A stretch of DNA of 64,000 bases from an uncultured Methylomirabilota bacterium (GCA_963705305.1 OY970067.1:32001-96000); one strand, 5' to 3'; numbered from the stretch's first letter, positions 41,182-50,990 are shown. Notes: generated by a model from the letters alone, not told the origin. Made by a program: numbers and translations.

Positions 41182-41988
41182 CTAGAGCAGCAGGCCGATG
41201 AGAACGGGCACCAGGAAGGTGATGACCATGCCGCTGAACACAGCCAGGACGGCGTACTCCGCCCCCGAGGACTTCACGATGGCGGGAAGCGTGGTGTCGG
41301 TGGCCGTGGCTCCGCCGCCGACCACGGGCGCCAGCCTCCCGAAATAGCGCACCAGCAGTGGGGCGGCCATTAGGGTGACGATCTCCCGCAGGATGTTGGC
41401 CAGCAGGGCCAGGACGCCCAGGCTCTCCCCGCGAAGCTGTGTGATCAGCGCGCTGGAGAGGCTGTAGTAGCCCATTCCGGACCCCACCGCCAGCGCTTCG
41501 CGCAGCCGGATGCCCGGGAGCGCGATGGAGAAGGCGGCCACCCCCAAGAGCGTGCCGAGCACCGCCATGAGGGGCACCAGGATCATCCGCAGGCTGAAGC
41601 GATTCACGAAATCTGCCGCGTGCGGGTTTCCCCCCACCCCCACGCCCACCAGGAAGAGCAGCACGAGTAGCGTCGCGGTGGTGAACTCGGAACGGACCAG
41701 GACAGCCGGCAGGAGGGCGTGCGCCGACCCCAGGATGCCCGCGACGAAGCACCCCAGGATGAGGAGACTACCTACCCGCTACACAAAGGTGTTGAAGATT
41801 CGCTTGTCAATAGGCGCGATTCCTCTGTGGTTACAGCGCATTCCGTCCTTTTCGGATTGAGCTGACATCGAGGAAGATTTCTTCCCCGACAAGGCGTTCC
41901 GATTCGGTCAACCAATTCATGCCGTTACTAGCGAAACGCCGACCGTTATCAACACCTTTGTGTAACGGCTAGGGAGACTACTTCTCAT
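41182..41988 (-). pseudogene. Lysine exporter LysO family, large subunit, interrupted after codon 5 by a MITE
   Basis: GMGYYSLS, LANILRE, GGATATDTTLP; excising 210 bp restores MRSSL|LILGCFVAGILG; the insert carries in-frame stops. Confidence 0.85.
41771..41973. mobile_element. MITE (about 203 bp) with 25-bp TIRs and target-site duplication
   Basis: CCTACCCGCTACACAAAGGTGTTGA vs reverse complement CCTAGCCGTTACACAAAGGTGTTGA (23/25); GAGACTA duplicated (9-bp GGAGACTAC if the TIR is 1 bp shorter). Confidence 0.9.
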
Positions 41989-42265
41989 GGGACGCCGGGG
42001 GGACGAGTCGAGGGCCGACCAGGCGGATCAGGCATACGCTGCCCAGGATCCCCCCCGCGCAGAGCAGCACGGCCTGCCATCCCAGTCGACCGAGATTCCC
42101 GATGACGGCCGGATTCGCGCCCACCGCGGCCCCCAGGGAAAAGACCAGCAGGTAGATCGCCCACATCGTCAGGCGGTCCACCGTGGCGAGGATCGGGCGC
42201 TGCCGGCGCAGCAGGATACCCAGGATTGTCCCCGACACCAAGCACAGTAGGATCAGCAGGTTCAT
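41978..42265 (-). CDS. LysO/DUF340 family, small subunit
   Basis: 95 aa, three hydrophobic segments, WAIYLLVFSLGAAVGAN...LG--A; overlaps the start of the large subunit. Confidence 0.8.
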   Translation of the reverse strand: MNLLILLCLVSGTILGILLRRQRPILATVDRLTMWAIYLLVFSLGAAVGANPAVIGNLGRLGWQAVLLCAGGILGSVCLIRLVGPRLVPPASHEK

Positions 42266-42594
42266 GCGGCACGGCTCCGTGCAATCGCCGGCACGATGAA
42301 CATAAGGCCGCGAACCCCCCGAGCGCTTTGCACAATTGCTGGAATCCGGCCGGCCGATCCGAGCATGAGGGCGCGGTGTGTCACCGAGGCTGGCGCGTGA
42401 ATGGCGACGGGATTGTAACCAGTCCGCCGCCACAGCGCAAGAACGATCCTTGACGTTGCTCGGGTGAGACGGCCGTCTTCAGGGCGGGAATGCGAGGCAA
42501 AGAGTCAAGGGCGGGGTCTGATTCAGCCGCCCGCCCGGTCACAGGGGCCAGGCGGACGGCATTTCATCGGGAGCGATCGAATGGCCGGAGAAAT

Positions 42595-42741
42595 CTACAC
42601 GTGGGCGACCACGTGGACGGCGTAGGCCACGGCCAGGCCCACCATCAGGCCCAGCATGCTTCCTGCGGCCCGCAGCGCCTTAAGCGACCCGCGAATCAGC
42701 ATCCGAACGTCCTCTCGCTCGTACCATGCCATCCTGTCCAT
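42595..42741 (-). CDS. Small 48-aa single-TM membrane protein (not in ORF track)
   Basis: GGAGG RBS; MDRMAWYEREDVRMLIRGSLKALRAAGSMLGLMVGLAVAYAVHVVAHV; own upstream promoter. Confidence 0.6.
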   Translation of the reverse strand: MDRMAWYEREDVRMLIRGSLKALRAAGSMLGLMVGLAVAYAVHVVAHV

Positions 42742-42808
42742 TTTCAACCTCCCGAGCCTATCCCCTTCTTGTGGTCAACCAAGCATATCAGGTTTGCATA
42801 TTTCGGTA

Positions 42809-42848
42809 TTGCTAATTATTATTTTAGCAACTAAATCGCTCTTGTCAA
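42809..42848 (-). promoter_or_regulatory. sigma70 promoter with overlapping palindromic operator
   Basis: TTGACA-N16-TAAAAT on the minus strand; TTGCTAA-N8-TTAGCAA at 42809-42830. Confidence 0.6.
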
Positions 42849-43028
42849 GTCCTCTTAAATCAAATCTACGAATGACTTATATCTCAATATCTTACGTAAA
42901 ATATCGTTCGGCTATCGAGGATGACGAAGAGGGTCGACAGTCGAGGATCGGATCGATTACGAGACCATCGGTGGCAGACCGCTGCGACTGAAAGATAGCC
43001 GGACGCGATATGGAGCGGGCCAGCCTTG

Positions 43029-43796
43029 TTAGGAGGCCGTCCATCCTCCGTCGATGGTGATCGTGGCTCCGGTGATAAAGCTCGATGCGTCCGAGGCCAG
43101 GAACACCAAGGCGCCCCCGATTTCCTCGGGCTGCCCGACGCGCCCGAGCGCGATGCGCGACAGGATGCGCTGCCGCCGCTCCGCATCCGCCTCCAGATAC
43201 CCTTTCACCAGGGGGGTCATCATGTAGCCAGGCGCGATGGCATTCACCCGGATGCCGTGCGGCGCCAGCTCCAGGGCCAGCCCCTTGGTGAACTGCATGA
43301 CCGCACCTTTGCTGGAGGCGTAAACCACCTTGTCCCGCTCCGGCGATACGGCGGACATGGAGGACATATTGATGATGCTCCCGCCCTTCTGTTCGATCAT
43401 CCGGCGGGCAACGGCGCGCGCCACCACGAAGACCCCTTTCACATTGGTCTCCATGATGGTGCGCCAGTCCTCGTCGGTCATCTCGACCACCGGCTTTCGC
43501 ACGTTCGTCCCCGCGTTGTTGAACAGGATGTCGATCCGCCCGAAGGCCTCCACCGCCCCGCCTACGGCAGCCTCGACCTCGGCGCTGCTGCGCGTGTCGG
43601 CGGTGAAGATCAGCGCCTTCCGTCCCAGCCCCTCCACCGCGGCGGCCGTCTCCTCGAGCTGACTTCGCGTACGGCTCACTAGGACCAGGTGCGCGCCTGC
43701 CCCGGCGAAGGCCAGGCTCCCGGCGCGCCCCAGGCCGCGCCCGGCCCCAGTCACGAAGGCGATCTTTCCATCCAGGCTGAACTCCGGCAGGCTCAT
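43029..43796 (-). CDS. Short-chain dehydrogenase/reductase (gluconate 5-DH/KduD-like)
   Basis: TGAGRGLG, NNAG, YASSK, VNAIAPG, IDGG. Confidence 0.93.
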   Translation of the reverse strand: MSLPEFSLDGKIAFVTGAGRGLGRAGSLAFAGAGAHLVLVSRTRSQLEETAAAVEGLGRKALIFTADTRSSAEVEAAVGGAVEAFGRIDILFNNAGTNVRKPVVEMTDEDWRTIMETNVKGVFVVARAVARRMIEQKGGSIINMSSMSAVSPERDKVVYASSKGAVMQFTKGLALELAPHGIRVNAIAPGYMMTPLVKGYLEADAERRQRILSRIALGRVGQPEEIGGALVFLASDASSFITGATITIDGGWTAS

Positions 43797-44025
43797 GTCG
43801 GCGAACTCCTTCTTCGAAACGCTCGATGGCTTGCAGGATATTCGACCCGCCCATTCTCGACAGTCGGGGCCAACCCGTCAAGCCATTTGGGTCGCGCGAG
43901 TCGCAACGGCATCGGCAGAACAATCCCTGCTCCACAATTGACTCGGCCCGCCCTCGGCGATAGAGTGAAGCCACCGAGGCTCACGCAAACAATTTTAGCA
44001 CGGTGACGAAAGACTGGTTTTTGCT

Positions 44026-44150
44026 CAGGCTGCTCAAAAAGGCCCAGATGCAAGGCCCGCGCGATCCGAGGCGCGAGGCGTACTTTGCGCGTACGTCGCA
44101 GCGCCGCGGGAGCGCGGCAACGCCGCAGATGGACCTTTTTCAGCAGCCTG
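44026..44150. mobile_element. MITE-like element, copy 2 (opposite orientation to copy 1)
   Basis: CAGGCTGCTCAAAAAGGCCCAGATGC...GCAGATGGACCTTTTTCAGCAGCCTG; shared GAGGCGCGAGGCGTACTT core. Confidence 0.8.
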
Positions 44151-44166
44151 CCAATGGAGGCGCGCA

Positions 44167-44619
44167 ATGGCGGTCTACTACGAGGATTTCCAGGTGGGGC
44201 AGGAATGGACGACTCCCAGCCGGACCATCACCGAGGCGGACGTCACCATGTTTGCCATGCTGTCGGGCGACTACGACGAGATCCACACCAGCGAGCACTG
44301 GGCCAAGGATCACTCTGCCTACAAGACCCGCATTGCCCACGGCATGCTGGGCTTGGCCGTCGTGGAGGGGTTGAAGAAGCGCATCCCGGCCTTCGCGGAA
44401 ACCCGCTACATCGCCTCCCTGGAATGGACCTGGAAATTCGCGGGGCCGATCCTGATCGGGGACACGGTTCACGTGAAGATCCGGATCGACACCATGCGGG
44501 AGAGCAAGTCCAGGGCCGACCGCGGGATCATCGTGGAGCGCGGGCAGATGATGAACCAGCGGGGCGAGGTCGTCCAGGAAGGCACCCACACCCTCATGAT
44601 CTGGCGGCGGCCCCGCTAA
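44167..44619 (+). CDS. MaoC/PaaZ-type hotdog dehydratase
   Basis: YYEDFQVG, RTITEAD, SGDY--IH, IAHG, GDT. Confidence 0.9.
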   Translation: MAVYYEDFQVGQEWTTPSRTITEADVTMFAMLSGDYDEIHTSEHWAKDHSAYKTRIAHGMLGLAVVEGLKKRIPAFAETRYIASLEWTWKFAGPILIGDTVHVKIRIDTMRESKSRADRGIIVERGQMMNQRGEVVQEGTHTLMIWRRPR

Positions 44620-44704
44620 GACGGGGACGGGCGAGTAGCCGCCATTCAGACCGATGGAGCATGGACATCATTCGCCGCAAATAGCTTGGTGAGGGAATAC
44701 CTCC

Positions 44705-45313
44705 ATGGCTATTGCCAAGAATTCGGTTGATCGAACGAAGTTCAACTCACATGCAACCCTGCCATACGAACTGAGACTCCGCGACTTCGAAATGGCCATG
44801 CAGGACGTTTACGACTTCTTCTTTGATGTGAACGGCGGGCTTGTGGAACGGGGCCTGGAGCGTCTCGATGATATGATCCGGCCCGCCATCATGTCCGGTC
44901 TTCTCTCCGACATGCTCACTTCAAGCCTCGCCAAGCACTCGCGGACACTCACGATCAACTGCTATTTTAACGGCCACCCTGATCTTGTTGTGCGGGGTGT
45001 GTATCCGGACAATCGCGTCAAAGCGGGCTCGGAAGGCGTAGAGGTCAAGACAACCCGAAAGCACGGGGGCGCCGTCGACACACATGGGGCACGCGACCAA
45101 TGGATGTGCGTGTTCGTCTACGATGTTGACACTGTGACAGAGCCGGCCAGAGATCGCGCCCCAATGACCTTCCTTGAGATTTACCTTGGTCAGGTAACAA
45201 CCTCCGATTTCAGGAGAAACCCCCGCGGAGAACTGGGCACACGGACAGCCACCCTCCACAAGGAAGGCATCGAGAAACTGCGGCGGAACTGGATTTACAG
45301 GTTGAGCGAGTAG
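44705..45313 (+). CDS. Putative type II restriction endonuclease (PD-(D/E)xK)
   Basis: GHPDL...GVEVK motif; 202 aa; convergent with and overlapping a DNA methyltransferase; visibly lower GC than flanks. Confidence 0.65.
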   Translation: MAIAKNSVDRTKFNSHATLPYELRLRDFEMAMQDVYDFFFDVNGGLVERGLERLDDMIRPAIMSGLLSDMLTSSLAKHSRTLTINCYFNGHPDLVVRGVYPDNRVKAGSEGVEVKTTRKHGGAVDTHGARDQWMCVFVYDVDTVTEPARDRAPMTFLEIYLGQVTTSDFRRNPRGELGTRTATLHKEGIEKLRRNWIYRLSE

Positions 45314-46464
45314 TTGAGACCGTTCTTGTACGCTGCAAGGCGCGGGATAGCCTTTTTCGCAATCTCGAAATAGACCGGGTCTTTCTCCACCCCGAGACAC
45401 GCATAACCGACGGCCTCGGCTGCGGCCAGAGTTGATCCCGAGCCCGCAAAGGGGTCGAGAATCGTGCCTTCTCCAAGGGGCAAGACCCCTCGAACCAGAA
45501 TTCGAAGAAATCCTTGCGGCTTCAAGCTGGGATGCGGGGCGAGGTCGCGTTCAGACTTATGGGTTGGGCTGGAGGGAATGACATCCCCAAACGGCTGATC
45601 TGCAGAGGGCCTTCTGAATCCTCCCGTCTTCCACCTGCGCAAGTTGTCCTGAACTCGACCATTAATGGGCTTGCGAAAAATTAACCATGGCTCCCACATA
45701 GACCGCGGCATGACGCTGACCCCTGGGAACTCGTCGTGCGCAGCCTTCGGCCTGTCTCCCCCTCTCATAGTCATCACGAGCCTGACCAGCTCTCCCCGAC
45801 GCTCGAGTCCCGCCCTCACGAGTGAGCCGGATACCAGGTACGAGACGAGGGGATTGCTTGCCACAATCACGTTCGCACCCGGCACAAGGACGGGAACGAG
45901 AAGGCGAGTCCATTCCACAAAAAACCGCTCAAGCGCTAGAAGATCCTCGGGCCTGAGAACGGTAAAGCGCGGGAGCGGCGACCGAATTACACCGTCAAAC
46001 GACGGCGGAATGCGCCACACACCGCCTCGTCCCGCCCGCATCTTCTTCTGCTGCTCGGCGCTATATTCGAAGAGCCCGTAAGGAGGATCGGTCACAACTG
46101 CATGAATCGAATTCGGGGACTGCCGCCTGAGCCAATCAAAACAGTCGGCATGAAAGAGCGTGCCCTTCCCGAACGAGACTGAAGGCCAGTCGAGATGCTC
46201 CTCGGCGGATGTCCGCCGGTAGAGCGCTTGGCTCTCCTCAACTCCGGCCGCCCCACGAAGCGCGTAATGCCCGCGCCCTGTCCGCTCGAATGCAGCAGGG
46301 GTATTTAACCGCAGATATGAGCGAATGCTCGATGCCGGGGCCGGACCGATAATCTGTCGCACCCCCTCCTCTATCTCCGAAATTGTCGCCCCATCCGGAC
46401 TTGATGCCAGCACACTGATGATTGCGTCCCTCACTTCACCGGGTCGTCTCTTCTCGGCCACCAT
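45295..46464 (-). CDS. Beta-class N6A/N4C DNA methyltransferase with an N-terminal HTH-like domain
   Basis: TDPPY precedes HPSLKP and LDPFAGSG; N-terminal about 70 aa GEVRDAIISVL...TISEI...SSIRSYL; GGAAGGA RBS. Confidence 0.9.
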   Translation of the reverse strand: MVAEKRRPGEVRDAIISVLASSPDGATISEIEEGVRQIIGPAPASSIRSYLRLNTPAAFERTGRGHYALRGAAGVEESQALYRRTSAEEHLDWPSVSFGKGTLFHADCFDWLRRQSPNSIHAVVTDPPYGLFEYSAEQQKKMRAGRGGVWRIPPSFDGVIRSPLPRFTVLRPEDLLALERFFVEWTRLLVPVLVPGANVIVASNPLVSYLVSGSLVRAGLERRGELVRLVMTMRGGDRPKAAHDEFPGVSVMPRSMWEPWLIFRKPINGRVQDNLRRWKTGGFRRPSADQPFGDVIPSSPTHKSERDLAPHPSLKPQGFLRILVRGVLPLGEGTILDPFAGSGSTLAAAEAVGYACLGVEKDPVYFEIAKKAIPRLAAYKNGLNYSLNL

Positions 46465-46734
46465 GTCCTTCCTTTCCGGCTGAATGCACATATAATGTAA
46501 AACGTTCCAGACGTCTTCTGTCAAGGGCAGTATTTCATTTCGAGGACTGCCTGCCATTCGACCCAAGTGACCATCGCCCATAAGGAGGCTCTTGTTGGAT
46601 TCACCTGGGGCGGCCGTTGGTACGTGCCCAACTGCGTGCATCTCGGATACCTCAGGCTGTACATCCCTGGAGGCTCTTGGTATGATACGCGAGACCGGGA
46701 GGGGGATGGTGCAGGCGGGGACGGAGATCAGGGC

Positions 46735-47544
46735 ATGGGGCAGCTCCTGAAGAAGGTGGTCCGTTTCATCATTCAATCAGACGCCACCCGCCCGCTGGTG
46801 CTGATTGCGGCGGTCCTAGTCCTCTGGCAGATCGGCGTCACGGTTCTCGGCATCCCCAAGTATCTCATCCCCGCCCCGAGCGCCGTCGTGCAGCAGCTTG
46901 TCAGTGATTGGCTCCGGCTCCTCCGGGAGGGGGTCGCCACGACCTATGCGGCCCTTGGCGGCTTCCTGCTGTCCGTCCTCGTTGGGATTCCCCTTTCCAT
47001 CGCCATTGCGTATTCTACTACAATCGAAGGCTTCCTCTACCCCATCCTGGTGTTCTCGCAGAGCATCCCGAAGATCGCCATCGCGCCGCTGTTCGTCGTC
47101 TGGTTCGGCTTTGGGGCCATCCCCAAGGTGATCGCCGCCTTCCTGCTGGGGTTCTTCCCGGTAGTGGTGGCAACTGTCACCGGTTTCAAGTCCGTGGACA
47201 GGGACATGCTGGATCTGGCCCGGTCGATGCGGGCGACGCGCCTGCAGGTTTTCCAGAAGATCAGCCTCCCCCACTCCATGCCCTTCATCTTCAGCGGGCT
47301 GAAAGTATCCGTCACGCTGGCAGTGGTGGGGGCCGTCGTGGGGGAGTTCGTAGGATCGAATTCCGGTCTGGGCTACTTGCTCCAGATGGCCAACGGGAAT
47401 TTCGACCTCCCGCTGATGTTCGCGGGATTGGTCGTGCTGGCCCTCATCGGAGTCCTGCTGTTCATCCTGGTAGAGGTCGCAGAGCGGGTGTGCGTCCCGT
47501 GGCACGTCTCGCAGCGTGTGGACCTCTCGACGAGCACACTGTAG
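46735..47544 (+). CDS. NitT/TauT family ABC permease
   Basis: PAPS, IPKIAIAPL--WFGFG, VVGEF, GLG. Confidence 0.92.
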   Translation: MGQLLKKVVRFIIQSDATRPLVLIAAVLVLWQIGVTVLGIPKYLIPAPSAVVQQLVSDWLRLLREGVATTYAALGGFLLSVLVGIPLSIAIAYSTTIEGFLYPILVFSQSIPKIAIAPLFVVWFGFGAIPKVIAAFLLGFFPVVVATVTGFKSVDRDMLDLARSMRATRLQVFQKISLPHSMPFIFSGLKVSVTLAVVGAVVGEFVGSNSGLGYLLQMANGNFDLPLMFAGLVVLALIGVLLFILVEVAERVCVPWHVSQRVDLSTSTL

Positions 47545-47586
47545 TCATCCACAACCAGGACCAACTTTCCACGGGGGAGGACGGCC

Positions 47587-48582
47587 ATGAAACCGACACG
47601 GTTTGGCACGCTGCTCCTCATCCTGCTGGCGCTGCTGATGGCGGCACCAGCCGCAGAGGCCCAGCAGCGCGATAAGGTCGTGCTGCTGCTGAACTGGTAC
47701 AACTACGGGGAGCACGGGCCGTTCTACCTCGGACTGGCCCGCGGCTACTACCGGGAGGAGGGAATCGACCTGGAAATCCAGGAGGGTCGGGGCTCCGGAC
47801 CGACGATCCAGGCGGTCGGCGCCGGATCGGCGCAATTCGGATACGCCGATGTCGGCACGACGATTCGCGCCGTCACCCGGGGCGCTCCTGTCTTCATCGT
47901 CGGCGTACTGGTCCAGACCAGCCCGATGGCGGTCATCGGGTTCACGGAGAAGAATATTAAAGCGCCGAAGGACCTGATTGGCAAGACCATCGCCATGACG
48001 CCGGGCGGGGCGGTGGACACCATTTTCCAGGCCTTTGCCAAGGCCACCGGCCTCAAGGAGAGCGACTACAAGGTCGTCAGCGGTGACGCAACCACCAAGC
48101 GCAATGCCGTGATTCACGGGCAGGCCAACGTCATGCTCGGACACATCAATGACCAAAGCATCTTCATCGAGGATGTAACGGGGAAGAAAGTCACCCCCAT
48201 CCGGTATGCCGACTACGGGGTCAACCCGGTCAACAACGGGATCATCGTGCAGAAGGACATGCTGACGAAGCAGGCCGACCTCATCCGGCGCTTCATGCGG
48301 GCTTCGACACGCGCCGTGGAGGGTGCGGTCCAGAATCCCGAGGAGGCCACGGACGACCTGCTCAAGGTCAATCCCAAGGCAGGCAAGCGCGAGTTGCTCC
48401 TGGCCGGCCTGAATGCGACGATCCCTCTCTACCACACCAAGCGCACCGAGGGACAGCGGCCCTTCCGGGTCGCCCCGGCCGACATGCAGGCCACCCTGGA
48501 CATCATGGTTGAGTACGGCGGCGTGGATCCGGCCGTGAAGGGGAAGCCTGGGGACTATTATACCAACGAGTTCCTGCCTTGA
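47587..48582 (+). CDS. NitT/TauT (NMT1/THI5-like) substrate-binding protein
   Basis: Signal peptide, LNW...H, GYYREEGID, EGRGS. Confidence 0.9.
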   Translation: MKPTRFGTLLLILLALLMAAPAAEAQQRDKVVLLLNWYNYGEHGPFYLGLARGYYREEGIDLEIQEGRGSGPTIQAVGAGSAQFGYADVGTTIRAVTRGAPVFIVGVLVQTSPMAVIGFTEKNIKAPKDLIGKTIAMTPGGAVDTIFQAFAKATGLKESDYKVVSGDATTKRNAVIHGQANVMLGHINDQSIFIEDVTGKKVTPIRYADYGVNPVNNGIIVQKDMLTKQADLIRRFMRASTRAVEGAVQNPEEATDDLLKVNPKAGKRELLLAGLNATIPLYHTKRTEGQRPFRVAPADMQATLDIMVEYGGVDPAVKGKPGDYYTNEFLP

Positions 48583-49379
48583 CCGATCCTGTCCGCAGGT
48601 CCGACACGGCGCCCCTGATCCAACTCAGGCGTGTCGAGAAGGTGTATGTCAGCCGTGACGGCCTGGTGCACTCGCTCCGGGCCGTCACGCTGGATGTGGA
48701 GGCCGGCGAGTTTCTCTCCATCGTCGGCCCCAGCGGCTGCGGCAAGAGCACACTGCTGAAGATCGTGGCGGGCCTGCTGCCGGCCACCGGCGGGGAGGTC
48801 TTGTTCGAGGGCTCTCAGATCGACGGGCCGCCGATGGGGATCGGGGTGGTCTTCCAGAGTCCGGTCCTGTTGGCCTGGCGCACCATCCTGGACAACATCA
48901 TGTTGCAGGCCGAAATCCGCCGGCTCCCCGCTCAGACCTACCGGACGCGGGCGCTGGACCTCATCCAGACCGTCGGCCTAGCCGGCTTCGAGCGGAAGTA
49001 TCCTTGGGAGCTCTCGGGCGGCATGCAGCAGCGCGTAGCCATCTGCCGCGCCCTCCTCCACGATCCGAGCATCCTGCTCATGGACGAGCCCTTCGGGGCC
49101 CTGGATGCCATGACGCGAGAGATGATGGATCTGGAGCTCCAGCGGATCTGGGCCGCCACCAGGAAGACGATCCTGTTCGTTACCCACTCCATCCCCGAAG
49201 CAGTTTTCCTCTCCGATCGCGTGCTGGTCATGACCGAGCGGCCGGGCAGTGTGGCCGCCATCTACAACATCCCCCTTCCCCGCCCGCGATCGTTCCAGGA
49301 CATGGGCACGCCGCAATTCACCGCCCTGGCCCAGTCCATCCGCACACACTTCTTCTCCCAGGGAATCGTCGATCACTGA
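48579..49379 (+). CDS. NitT/TauT ABC ATPase
   Basis: GPSGCGKS, LSGGMQQR, MDEPFGALD, VTH. Confidence 0.93.
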   Translation: MTDPVRRSDTAPLIQLRRVEKVYVSRDGLVHSLRAVTLDVEAGEFLSIVGPSGCGKSTLLKIVAGLLPATGGEVLFEGSQIDGPPMGIGVVFQSPVLLAWRTILDNIMLQAEIRRLPAQTYRTRALDLIQTVGLAGFERKYPWELSGGMQQRVAICRALLHDPSILLMDEPFGALDAMTREMMDLELQRIWAATRKTILFVTHSIPEAVFLSDRVLVMTERPGSVAAIYNIPLPRPRSFQDMGTPQFTALAQSIRTHFFSQGIVDH

Positions 49380-49458
49380 GCCGCCCTTCGGCGCGAGGAG
49401 ATGCGGGAGGAGCCCCATCCAGGCCCCCAGCGTCTTCTGGAGCATGCCGGGGGACGAA

Positions 49459-50868
49459 TCAGCCGCCGCACTCCACGGCGGGCGGGGGCAGCGGGCGGCG
49501 AATCTCCTCCAGGCGGTAGCCGAACCCCGGGCCATGCACGGTCGACAGGTCCACCATGCCGTCGCTGCGGCGGTAGAGGCCTGGATGCACGGCTTCCTCC
49601 AGGTTAGAGGCCTCTGGGTAAAACTGCATCCCGTTCGTCTCCACCCCCATGATAGTCCCGACGTTCGCCGCCAACAAGACATGGGGGATCTGCGCCAGCA
49701 TGGGGTTGCTCAGATCCTGGACCATGAGAGTCATGCCATGGGCCCTGGCCCAGGCACAGCTCAGCAGAGCCTCGGTCTGGGTCTTGCAGATCTTGAGGGC
49801 CACCCCGGACCACCCCAGTTCGCGACCTAGGCGAACCAGTCGCCAGTCGTGGGCGCTCTCGTCAAGGAAGAGGGGCTTGCGCGCTGAGATAGCCCGGACG
49901 TCGATCTGATGCCGCTCTAGGTCGTAGGCGAACGGCTGCTCCACGTAGAGCAGCATGCCGTAGATGCGCGGCGCCTGGTCCCGCAGCCGGTCCAGCAGCA
50001 CAGTGACGTAGTCCGGCTCGGTCACCGTGCAGTTGAAATCGGCGCTCAGCCATTCCACCTCGCGGGCGATGGCGATCCGGCCCACCCGGATGATCCGGTC
50101 ATAGTCCCAGGCGGGGTCGGTGCCGCGGAGCTTGATCTTCAGGCAGCGGAGGCCGTCACGCGCGATCCAATCGGGAAGGACCACCGGGTACCCATCGTCC
50201 GGCTCTTGGCCAGTCCGCTCGGATGGATCGAGGAGATCCAGGCCGCCCACCAGATGCCAGGCGCGGATCCGGGCCGGGGCGGTGGCCATCAAGAAATCCC
50301 GGGGATATTTTCCGGCGAAGGAGACCCGGGAGCCCGGAGCCGGCGTGAGAAACGCAGACAGATCCCGGCTCATGAACTCGGCCGAGTAGGTCTCGTACAC
50401 CGGCCGGCCGGCGAGCCTACCGTAGGCATCATGCACGGCGATGTCGAACGGGGAGCAGCAGACCAGAGCTGCCAGCCAGGGCATCGCCTCGCCCTGTGCT
50501 CCGTCGGCCTCCGCCGTATGATCTAGCAGCTGCTTTAGGCGACCTTCCTTGAACTCATGGCCGATTTCGATCGGGTGGCCCTGCACGGGGATGGCCGCCC
50601 AGGCCTCGGCCAGCCGAAGGCAGAACGCCTTCAGCCGCTCGTGCCGCCTGCCGTAGGCGAGCGCGCTCGGCCACACCCACTGGACGTTCAGCGGCGTCTC
50701 CCCCCAGCCCTCAGCCGTGCGCCCACCCCGGTCCGCCACGCGGACCCGCACCCTGGCGCAGGTCACTTCGGTCGTGATCTCCGGGCCGAATTTGAGCGGA
50801 ATACGATTCTTCACCTCGAGGAAAAACAGGGAGGTCTGGACGACACGGACATCCGTAGATTTGCCCAT
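49459..50868 (-). CDS. Enolase superfamily (mandelate racemase-like) protein
   Basis: DIAVHDA, KIK, ADFN, YVEQP, LDE, GPGFG. Confidence 0.8.
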   Translation of the reverse strand: MGKSTDVRVVQTSLFFLEVKNRIPLKFGPEITTEVTCARVRVRVADRGGRTAEGWGETPLNVQWVWPSALAYGRRHERLKAFCLRLAEAWAAIPVQGHPIEIGHEFKEGRLKQLLDHTAEADGAQGEAMPWLAALVCCSPFDIAVHDAYGRLAGRPVYETYSAEFMSRDLSAFLTPAPGSRVSFAGKYPRDFLMATAPARIRAWHLVGGLDLLDPSERTGQEPDDGYPVVLPDWIARDGLRCLKIKLRGTDPAWDYDRIIRVGRIAIAREVEWLSADFNCTVTEPDYVTVLLDRLRDQAPRIYGMLLYVEQPFAYDLERHQIDVRAISARKPLFLDESAHDWRLVRLGRELGWSGVALKICKTQTEALLSCAWARAHGMTLMVQDLSNPMLAQIPHVLLAANVGTIMGVETNGMQFYPEASNLEEAVHPGLYRRSDGMVDLSTVHGPGFGYRLEEIRRPLPPPAVECGG

Positions 50869-50990
50869 ACTCCGCCTCCTCGTGTTGGTCAGCGCACAGG
50901 ACGGAAAGAGGTCCGCCGCCGGCAGCCCGGAGAGGCGACGCCGGCCTATCTCAAGCGGCCCGGTACAGGGCTTCCGGCCTGATCGGCGGG

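Noticed and set aside
46525..46734. TPP riboswitch before the THI5-like ABC operon
   Set aside because: No CTGAGA, GAACCTGA or AGGGA core elements
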